This document shows positions 38,470 to 48,285 of a stretch of DNA of 64,000 nt, piece by piece. The DNA comes from Podarcis filfolensis. Taxonomy: Eukaryota. The notes under the pieces are model-generated. The model saw nothing but the letters and a program-made list of their open reading frames with translations. It ran no database searches and was not told the origin of the DNA. The DNA lies in assembly GCA_964270895.1 (NCBI GenBank), contig OZ185435.1; one strand, written 5' to 3'. Positions within the stretch are counted from its first letter, which is position 1; each line of letters starts with the position of its first letter. Both the position numbers and the translations under genes were made by a program.

Positions 38470-40207
38470 CCGTATTTTTCGCTCTATAACACGCACCTGA
38501 CCATAACACGCACGTAGTTTTTAGAGGAAGAAAACAAGAAAAAAATATTCTAAACAAAACAGTGGATGTATGATTTTTGTGGTTCATGCTGTGGCCACAG
38601 ACGTGATCTGACGGTGAGTTTGGGGTAGCCCAATGCAAAAATCCTGAGGATCCATGTGGATCCATGCTTTGTAACCACGTTTTTGCGCCATTGCAGCCCC
38701 ATGAAACAGTGGGTGCGTGTGTGTTTTTTGGTGCAGGCTGTAGCCATGGATATGCTATGTGATCTGATGGTGAACTTGGGGTGACCCAGTGCAAAAATCC
38801 TGAGGATCCATCTGGATCCGTGCTTTGTAACCACACTTTAAGTGGGGAGGGAAGGAAAAGCATTCAAGGGACAAGGAGCACGTGTGGGATGTGTTTAGAA
38901 GGATGCTGCTAATAATGCAGAAGAGGGGTTTAAGGGAAGAAGGAACACGCGTGGGGTGTGTGGAGAAGGATGCTGCTAATGATGCAGAAGAGGGGTTTAA
39001 GGGGAGAAGGAACACGCGTGGGGTGTGTGGAGAAGGATGCGGCTAATAATGCAGGCGAGGGGTCTAAGGGGAGAAGGAACACGAATGGGGTGTGTAGAGA
39101 ACGATGCTGCTAATAATGCAGGAGAGGGGTTTAAGGGGAGAAGGAACACGCATGGGGTGTGTAGAGAAGGATGCTGCTAATGATGCAGGAGAGGGGTTTA
39201 AGGGGAGAAGGAACACGCGTGGGGTGTGTGGAGAAGGATGCGGCTAATAATGCAGGCGAGGGGTCTAAGGGGAGAAGGAACACGAATGGGGTGTGTAGAG
39301 AACGATGCTGCTAATAATGCAGGAGAGGGGTTTAAGGGGAGAAGGAACACGCATGGGGTGTGTAGAGAAGGATGCTGCTAATGATGCAGGAGAGGGGTTT
39401 AAGGGGAGAAGGAACACGCGTGGGGTGGGTGGAGAAGGATGCTGCTAATGATGCAGGAGAGGGGTTTAAGGGGAGAAAGAGCTCGAGTGGGGTGTGTGGA
39501 AAAGGAGCTTTTCGGTGAGCTGAGCGGGGAGGGGGGAGGGAAAGAGCACTGTTGCTTTAAAGGAGCCAACCGGACAGCAGCCACTTACAGCAGTGTAAGC
39601 AGCTCCTTTCCTCTCCCGCTTTGCTCCTTCTCTCCCTCTTTGCTGCTTTACGCAGCTAATGGCGAATCCCCTGCAACCCAAGTCCTGCTCAGCAGATCAG
39701 CTGAGACGCTGGGAGAATCGTAATTTCCCCCTCTCCCTCATCCCGTGCCCTCCTGTCCCCAGCAGCCTTTTTAAAAAGTTTTTTACTGGTTTTCACTGCG
39801 CTCGTGGCTCAGAGCCCTCCTGTGCCCTGCCGTCCCTCTGCAGCCTCATTGCTCCGTTTAGAGAGCACACGGACCTTTGCTAGCTGAGGCTGCAGCAGCT
39901 GTTGCTGGCTACGGGGCGCTTTTTCCAGCTCGCTATGGCTCCCGTCTGTCCCTCCTCGCGTGTAAGCGGCTGCTGCCCGCTTTGCTGCCATGGCTCTCCT
40001 TCCCTCTCTCCTCCTTGGCTCCCCCCCTCCTCCTGGCTGTAAAGCAAGCAAAGCTAGAGCCGTGCAAAGCCCTGCAAGTGGCTCCCGCTTTGCTTGACTG
40101 ACGGCAGCCATGGGTCCGGTCAAGTGCATTCGCTCTGTAACACGCACAGGCATTTTCCCTTACTTTCTAGGAGCAAAAAAGTGCGTGTTTGGGAGCGAAA
40201 ATTATGG
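38470..40207. mobile_element. Non-autonomous Tc1/mariner (Tc2/pogo-like) DNA transposon with internal minisatellite
   Basis: Terminal inverted repeats CCGTATTTTTCGCTCTATAACACGCAC / GTGCGTGTTTGGGAGCGAAAATTATGG flanked by TA at 38468-38469 and 40208-40209. No transposase ORF. Confidence 0.75.
38886..39500. repeat. 67-bp G-rich minisatellite, about 9 copies, with a 201-bp higher-order duplication
   Basis: Units start at 38886, 38953, 39020, 39087, 39154, 39221, 39288, 39355 and 39422. Units 3-5 are identical to units 6-8. Confidence 0.92.
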
Positions 40208-40300
40208 TATAAAGTGTTTATTGTGTTTAAGAGAAGCATAAACACCCTAGCTACATAAACTTTTAAGAGATGCTGGTACATCATGAACTATTCTACTATA

Positions 40301-40541
40301 CAGTCAAATCTTGGTTCCCAAACACCTCCGTTACCATACGCTTTGGCTTCCAAATGCTGAAAACCTGAAAGTAAATGTTCCGGTTTTCGAACGTTTTTTG
40401 GAACCCAAACATCTGACACGGCTTCCACTCGAGTGCAAGAAGCTCTTGCAACCAATCGGAAGCCATACCTCGGTTATCGAACGTTTCGGAAGTTGAACGG
40501 TCTTCCAGAATGGATTATGTTCGACAACCAAGGTTTGACTA
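40301..40541. mobile_element. Tigger/pogo-like MITE
   Basis: TA|CAGTCAAATCTTGGTT ... AACCAAGGTTTGACT terminal inverted repeats. Confidence 0.65.
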
Positions 40542-41195
40542 ATTAGAAGTAAAACTTTACCATACTAGCTCCGTCTCCGCCACTTCCCACACTGTGGAAT
40601 GAAAACATACACCGTCATGTAACATAAAACAATCCCATGACTGCAAGCACGGAGCAAGAATCCTAACGAGCTCAGCTTGCTATAGGGAACCACACAGCAT
40701 GTAACCTTCAGCTTCTCTGCTGGTACCTTGCACCAAGCAAAACCTCTTCTCAGTGAATACCTCATACTCCTGCCAATGCTGCTGCAGCCTTGGCTTTATA
40801 CCCATCTCTGCACATACACACATTAGAGAAAGAGAAGATGAATGAGTGACGCTCCAGGCATTTAGCCTTCGACTATTTTAAGCCACCCAGTGAAGCTGGT
40901 GTGCTAACTTAACAGAATGGGGAATGGGCTGCTGAAGACACGGCCCAAGCACAGAGTGCAATTTCACCAATTTTTCCAGATTACACCAACAAAAGCAAGC
41001 TAGGGAATATCCAGTTTTCTTTACACAAGCCAAAATGGCGGCAGCCTTGCTTTGCAATCTTTCAAACTACTATAGAGAGGGAAGCTGAATTTGTAAGTAT
41101 GTATGCATAATTACTTGTATTCTGGTTTTCCAGTGGGGAGGGATCTGCCATGGTATTTATTTTGCTAAAATAAGGTAGCATGGAAGAGGCTAAAG

Positions 41196-41328
41196 CAGGT
41201 GTGGTGAGACTTTGGCTCTCCAGATGTTGCTGAACTCCAGCTAGCATCAGCCCCAGCAAGCATGGCCAATGGCCAGGGAAGGAGTTGTAGTTCAGCAACA
41301 TCTGGAGGGTCAAAGTTCCCCACACCTG
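41196..41328. mobile_element. hAT MITE with 8-bp target-site duplication
   Basis: Arms caggtgtggtgagactttggctctccagatgttgctgaact / agttcagcaacatctggagggtcaaagttccccacacctg. Flanks GGCTAAAG / GGTTAAAG match at 7 of 8 positions. Confidence 0.8.
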
Positions 41329-41520
41329 GGTTAAAGAGAATTTGTCAGTAGAACTTGTCTTCTGGAAGAAGTAATTAGGTGAGCAATATACTTGCAACCC
41401 ATATCTTCATAATTAATTTGTTGGTTTTTTATCTTCCTCTCCATGTGTTGTTATGGTGTTTAGAAGAAATGCTGCTGGGAATGCCTCTTTAGCACTGGCG
41501 TTATTTCCCCACCCACAACA

Positions 41521-44500
41521 ATGCCCTTTTCTGACTTTGTCTCGGCCCTGAAGGACAATCCATACTTCGGAGCAGGCTTTGGCCTGGTGGGTGTAGGTAC
41601 AGCCTTGGCCCTGGCCCGTAAAGGGGCACAGCTTGGCTTGGTGGCTTTCAGGCGGCATTGTATGATCACCCTAGAGGTGCCAAGCAAGGACAAGAGTTAC
41701 CACTGGCTGCTGAGCTGGATCTCTCACCATGCAAAGCACACCCAGCACCTGAGCGTGGAGACCTCATACCTGCAACATGAGAGTGGCCGTATCAGTACCA
41801 AGTTTGACTTTATCCCCAGCCCTGGGAACCATTTCATTTGGTAAGTGAGGCCATGGAATGTCTTTGGGATGGGCAGAAGTATTGCAAGGCTAATAAGGAA
41901 GTGGTGGTCATGAATATTGCACGCTTGCTTGTCCAGTTGTCTCCCCACCACCAGTTCCTGTTCACATGTTCCCTGCTCTGCTTCCAGGTATAAAAGGAAG
42001 TGGATCCGCATAGAACGGAACCGGGAGAAACAAATGATTGACCTGCATACGGGCACCCCCTGGGAATCTGTCACCTTCACAGCAATCGGTAGCAACCGAG
42101 AAGTTTTCTTCAACATCCTGCAGGAAGGTACAATAGCACTCCTTGGTTGTAGGCTGGCAAGGGTGGGTAATACATTTAATGATGATGTTGGCGCTAGGGA
42201 TGAATAGATCAGTCTATTTCTGGGCCCAGGTTTGTTTTACATGTGTTCTTTAGTAAATCCATTCCATCCTGTTTCTGCATTAATCTGCAATTTAAAAAAA
42301 ATAAATATGCAAAAAATCATGTTTAAATACATACCTAAATATATTTTTATGAAGTAGCTACAATTGTAGCTCATTGTATGGATTTCTAAATGTATTTTAT
42401 TCCAAATTATGCATTTTTCATGGCTTTGGGCATTTTTTTAACTGAAAACTGTATTTCAAAATTTAGAGGAGGCCAAAGTCTGATGGCTAGTTATGTTCCG
42501 TTCTGCACCTGATTCCAGGAGGTAGAAATTATATCACTCTGCATCAGAATTCACAGAACTCCGGTTCTGATGCTTCCTTGCTTCTTTGTTATATTAAGCA
42601 GACAGGCGATTTCTCTCTTCCTCCTTCCCATCTGTATCCAGATGTGCAGTTAGCCGCCTTTCCTCAGCTTTGTTCCTTTCTCTGCAGCCAAAGAATTGGC
42701 TCTGAGGCAGCAAGAAGGAAAGACGGTCATGTACACAGCCATGGGGGCTGAATGGCGGCCATTTGGTTTCCCACGACGTCGGCGTCCGCTCACCTCTGTA
42801 GTGCTCGAGAAAGGAGTGTCCGAGAGAATTGTGCAGGATGTGAAAGAGTTCACTGGTAACCCCAAGTGGTACATTGATCGAGGTGAGTTTACTTTTCAGG
42901 GAGCGACATTCAGATACCCTCACAACCTGAGCTTTTCCTTTATGAGCTAAATTAAGGCAGGTGGGATGCCACTTACGGAGCCAGCATATCCCATTATTTA
43001 GCCCAGATTATCATTCTCAATGCCCTCTGCTATTGCACACAAAGGCATCTCTGCTGCCATCTGCATCCCTGTCATTTCCAACCTGTCTACGCCTTCTTCC
43101 TGCTTTGGACTCCCAACTGTGATGATGCCTCTCTCTTCTTATGAGTGCAGCGGGAAGCCTCTTCTAACCTCATTGCAGTCTCTACAACAGCCCCTGCATA
43201 GTCCCAGTCCTTGAGAATTAGGAACTATCCCTTACTTTCCTACGAGAGAGACTGTGCTAGCTAGTCTCTGCACAGCCAAGTGCTGATAAACCAAATGTTT
43301 ACTAAGTTTCTTGCATTTGCCACAATATTTTCTATCAACTGTTTGCCAAGTTGCTTAAAGTAGTGCTGTTGTTCAGGATGCCCTAAACCTTTAGAATGGC
43401 AAGAAATTGGGTACTGTGTCAGGGCCCTGTACAGTATATTTCTTTCTCAGCAGCTGGAATTGGCCACTATGGGGTGAGCTCAAGGAATCATCGATCAGCT
43501 CATTCTTATTCTCGGGTGTGATGATGGTAGCTCAGATTTCATAAGAAGTTGGAATAGGCTGAGTTTTCTGCCTTTTGACTAGCCTCTTTGTCTGTAGGAA
43601 TCCCCTATCGGAGAGGATACCTGCTGTACGGGCCCCCAGGTTGTGGAAAGAGCAGTTTCATGTGAGTACCATGTCCTCAGCTTTCCTTCCCCCCCAAAAA
43701 AACCCCTTTTCTCAAAGTTGTTGACCATGGATACAATCTCTGAGGGTACATCCCTGGGCACCTTGTGTAGCTCCTGGTCAGGAATCACTCCCTACAGCTT
43801 ACACCTTTGCACAAGGTGTTGTCATAGTTTTCTTCAGTGGAAACATTGCCCTTTGTCTATCACAGCACAGCCCTTGCTGGAGAACTTCAGTACAGCATCT
43901 GTCTCCTGAGCCTGAGTGACCGCAGCCTCTCTGACGATCGTCTTAACCACCTCCTGAGCGTAGCTCCTCAACAGAGCATCATCCTCCTGGAGGACGTGGA
44001 CGCTGCTTTCGTCAGCCGGGATCTTGCTGCCGAAAGTGAGTGACAGGCAGATGGCGCCTCCCCACTCTTTTGTTCCAGGCTGCCCTTTTCTGCTGCCTCT
44101 GACTGAGCTGGGACCAAGCGTTCATCACCCCTGTGTTGTAACTCTGTGGAGGCATCCTGATTAAGTGCTGCACCGCAGCAACTTTCCCAAGCTAATTGTT
44201 CATTCAGAGTGGAGGGAATGAGAGCTGAATAGTAGCTCCTTCCTCCAAGCTGCACTTTGCAATGGGATTCGGGTTGCTGACCTGGTGCTGACAAAGAGGG
44301 GTCAATAACTCAGGACACCAATGTCTTTTGGAAAATGTCTTCCCTTATGAACCTACCCAGATCCTTCGATTTTTTATCCTCCTACTAATGCCCACTCGGA
44401 GGGAGGTCTGGAGTGTGGTGACAAGGAAGAGGGTGTTCCAGTCAGGGCTCCCCACTTGTGGAATGCTCTTCACAGTGGGGTCCTCCTGGGGCCATCATTA

Positions 44501-45872
44501 AAATTCTTTTGGCACCAGGTAAAAACTTAACTCAGGTATTTGACAGATGGTGGTGATTTGCTGGATATGCTTTGTTGCCAAGTCCCCCCCCCCCCTGCTG
44601 CTTTACTGTGTCTGTTCTCTGGATTTTTGTACAGTTTCTTTTTAATTGCAACGTATTGCTCTCTTTTCTTCTTATTGAGTTTTTTTTTTTTTTTTTGCTT
44701 TATGTCTTTAAAATTTTGTGAGTTACCTCGATACTTTTTACGTAGCAAGCTACCAATAGATTGAATAAATATAATGATAAATAATTATCTGCAGGCTTTA
44801 ATGTGACACCTATTCCAAATCAGTTATCCATATACAAAGAGAGACTTGAAACAAGACAGGCGCTTGGGGACAGGTTTACATCTTTTGCATTGTGGAAGAG
44901 ATTCGCCAGCAGAGATCCTAGAGGCACTTCTTTTTGCCAGCCTTCTTTTGACATAGGATCCTGACTGTTTATTCTCCTGCTTTCTATCGACTTGCATTTG
45001 CCACCAGGTGGCATGATTTTCTCTGACCCCTTCATGTATCTATTTGGACAGCAGTGTGTCAGGAACATTTCGCAAACCACTGCACATCAGGCAGGGAGCA
45101 TAAAGCTGGTACTACTGTAACATAAGACCACAACAGTGGGATTGTTGCCCTTCCCCTGGAAGGCTATAAACCTAGACAGAATTTGGGCAGCCCTTGGTCA
45201 CAACTGTACCTATAGTGTCTCCCTCTGAGCTGTCTCTGTGCCGCTGTGTTTCCCTCCAGACCCCAGCGCATACCAAGGCATGGGACGCCTGACTTTCAGT
45301 GGCCTTCTCAACGCATTGGATGGTGTGGCTTCCTCCGAAGCAAGGATCGTATTCATGACCACCAATTATGTGGACAGGTCAGAAGCATTGCACAGAAAAT
45401 GGGGGCAGATAGAGAGGTTGTTAGCTGCAGAAGATAACCTTTTGCTTGGGAATGATCATTTAATGGCACCCAAGGAAGGTAGTGGCTGATAGGCTGGAGT
45501 CTACAGTGGTTTAGGATTCTACATTCCTCTAGCAGCTAAATCAAAACTGTTGTAACAGAAGTAGGAAGGGGAAAGGGGGAGGGGAAGGAGACGATGTAGC
45601 AACAACTGACAGTCCCATAGAGAAATTCCTTCATCACCTTCCCCTCACAACATGAAGTCCCACACTGGTGACGCATTGAAACCACCAGCCGGCTTGTGGT
45701 GAGGACACTAACACCATGATAACCTCGCCCAACCCATTCCACTCAACCCTCTCACATTCGGTGCCAAAGCATGCCACGAGGAGAAGTTAGGTATCCCCTG
45801 AGGCAGGTTTTTGAATCCCTCAGTAGCCGAAACGGAGACAGGAGCAGGACTGTTGTTTTGCCAGGGAAACAG

Positions 45873-45912
<40 letters not shown>

Positions 45913-47513
45913 GAAGGACCAGTATTCCAGCAAATCAGCCTACTTCACCGCTCAGTGGCTGCGAGGAAGCCTGCAAATGGAGTCCCTTTGGTGGTAGGCC
46001 ACTTCGATCCAAAGGGTTCACTTCCCTTGGTGGGACCAAGGATTCCTCAAGTAACGCAGTGCCTAAGATGTCTCCATTGGTGTTTTTGAGGTGAAGACAA
46101 GCTACCTCCCAAACGAATTCACAATTATCCTTCAGCTTCCCCACTCCTCCAAATTTTGCAATACAGTCCTTGGTTCCCAAAATGCATTAAGATTATTTTT
46201 TTTTAGGAGGAAATGCATTTAGAGATGCATACCCTGTGATAAATACTATTTAAATATGCATTTATAATAAAATGCATTTTTAAATACGAATTTTTGTATG
46301 GATTTTTTAAATTAAAAAAATACAGATCTTAAAGTGGAAAAGCAACAGAGCAGACTTAACACCTGTAACACTTTGGACATGGACCCCAAATAAACTGATC
46401 CGTCCATCCCTAGCTCACACAAGGCAACTCCATGAGCTTCCTTGTAACTCAGTCAAGAAGGAGATTGCAGTGAGTAACAGAGGAGGGCAGTTTGTCTTGG
46501 AAGTGCTGTCTTTATGAGGCAAAGTCTGCCTTTCTGGGGACCAGCTGGTAACTATTTTAAGTATAAAAAGGAGGAAGGCAGCAGGAATGAAGACACACTT
46601 CCTGTTCCAGAAGATGATACTATAGGAGAAGACGGAAGAGAATCTTATCTTGGGGCTCTTGTAGTCTCCAAGACCTGTGACACATCCTCTCCCACAAGCA
46701 CAGGACTCTGCCAGCCATGTAAGCCTGGTGCTGAAGGAGTCATGTGCAGGGTAGAAGAGCAAATGCTCAGCAGACAGGGTCAGCCAGTTAAAACTGGCTG
46801 GGTAAGGCTTTGGGTAACGCTGGGGTCATGCTTACTAGGGAGTGGTCTGGGGTATATATACATATGGACTTCTGCCTCCTTTGGTCATGCTGGTTTGCAG
46901 CATTTAACACAGAAGCTGAAGATCTGGTTCTGTCCTTGTTGACTGTTCCTGGTTCCATGCAGGCTCCTCTGAGATTGTAGGAGGGGATGGGTAACTTGGC
47001 AGGTATGGAGAAAAAGTAGCATGATGGGTGAGTGCAGCAAGACGTGGGTGTAGTTAAATTACAAGGCACTGTTACTTTATATTCTTTTAGAGAGTAGCTC
47101 AAAAAAAATAAAGGGGAGAGCAGATTCCCCTAGCCCTGTATCTTCTTGGGGTTGGAGAGAGAACAAGGAGATGATACCCCAAGTGAGAGGAGCATAGAGA
47201 ACCATATTTCCCATCTGAGCATTTGCTGAGCCTCATTTGTCTTCTCCTCTTTCCCTGCAGGCTCGATCCAGCCCTAGTTCGCCCTGGCCGGGTGGACCTG
47301 AAGCAGTACGTGGGGTACTGCTCAGAGTGGCAGCTCGGGCGCATGTTCCAGAGGTTCTACCCAGACCAGCCAGCAGCTGCGGCCGAGGAGTTTGCCAAAC
47401 AGGCCGTGTCTGCCTCTGATCGGATCAGTGCCGCGCAAGTCCAAGGCCACTTAATGCTATACAAGGCGGATCCAGACGCAGCCCTTAAGAACGTGCAAGC
47501 TCTTATATCCTGA
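41521..47513 (+). CDS. BCS1L: Mitochondrial AAA chaperone BCS1 (complex III Rieske protein insertion), 7 coding exons, 419 aa
   Basis: Exons 41521-41840, 41988-42127, 42688-42882, 43598-43661, 43866-44035, 45260-45377, 47261-47513 sum to 1260 nt. N-terminus [26 protein letters not shown], Walker [10 protein letters not shown], Walker B IILLEDVD, and RPGRVD. Confidence 0.97.
44395..44785 (+). mobile_element. L2-like LINE 3' fragment in a BCS1L intron
   Basis: gggagg...gagggtgttcc...cccacttgtggaatgctct...caggtaaaaact...ttttgtgagttacctcg...aataaat layout. Confidence 0.5.
45876..45908. repeat. (CA)n microsatellite
   Basis: Direct reading. Confidence 0.9.
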
Positions 47514-47662
47514 CGTTGAACAAACCCCGAGACCGCTTTGCATATGGCTTCCCCAGGAAAAGGGTTGTTTGCATGCATGGATTTGTTTAGGCGGGATGAG
47601 ATAATCATGAGGATGATGCCATCCACTTGTCCACCTCAGTGAGGCCACCTTTTTGTAAAGAA

Positions 47663-47716
47663 AATAAAGAGCGACCCAACATAACTCCTACAATGCAACT
47701 CTTGAAAATGAATAAA
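47663..47716 (+). terminator. Polyadenylation signals for BCS1L (AATAAA x2)
   Basis: AATAAA at 47663-47668 and 47711-47716, 150-200 nt after the stop codon. Confidence 0.6.
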
Positions 47717-48057
47717 TGTGAAGCTCAGGTGTTGTGGAACTTATGTCCTCCAGATGGCAAATGTTAACACCTGAGGAGAGGCCCAAAAGGTGTCATAACT
47801 AGGCAGAGGGGACAGACACACACAAACACAACACACGCAAGGTGATTTCAGGGTGTATGTCTGCTGTTTATGAACTCCTAGTTTCTCAGTGGCATGATCT
47901 ATAGCAGATTCCACACCAAAGCCCTAATCCTGTTACTGCCAGAATCATTTGGTGCGAGGGAAAGGCAGTGGAGGTTCAATGGTGAGAGCAGCCAACCCTG
48001 TGACATGTTCTCTTCACACAGGTAGACACTTGACTGCACTGTGAAGAAAAGGGCTTG

Positions 48058-48063
48058 TTTAAT
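48058..48063 (-). terminator. Candidate ATTAAA poly(A) signal for the olfactomedin-like gene
   Basis: TTTAAT on plus, about 220 nt beyond the stop codon. Confidence 0.3.
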
Positions 48064-48285
48064 TATACCCTTTAAAGATAGAATCTGTCTGCTGGCCTTA
48101 CAATCAAGACTTTTACCATTTAAAATATGTATTTGCCAATAGGTAAATGTTGTGCGTGCCTGGCCTTGTTTCTCTTTCAGGCTATGGCAAAAGTCTCGTG
48201 AGCTGAAGTGGTTTTTACTGACCATCGCAAAAGTATCTGGCTCTTTCACACTGACCACGCTCCTCTTTTGGAACAGGGGTACGCG

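Noticed and set aside
38886-39500. Regularly spaced repeats resembling a CRISPR array
   Set aside because: The units are head-to-tail 67-mers with no unique spacers, there are no cas genes, and the context is vertebrate. It is a minisatellite.
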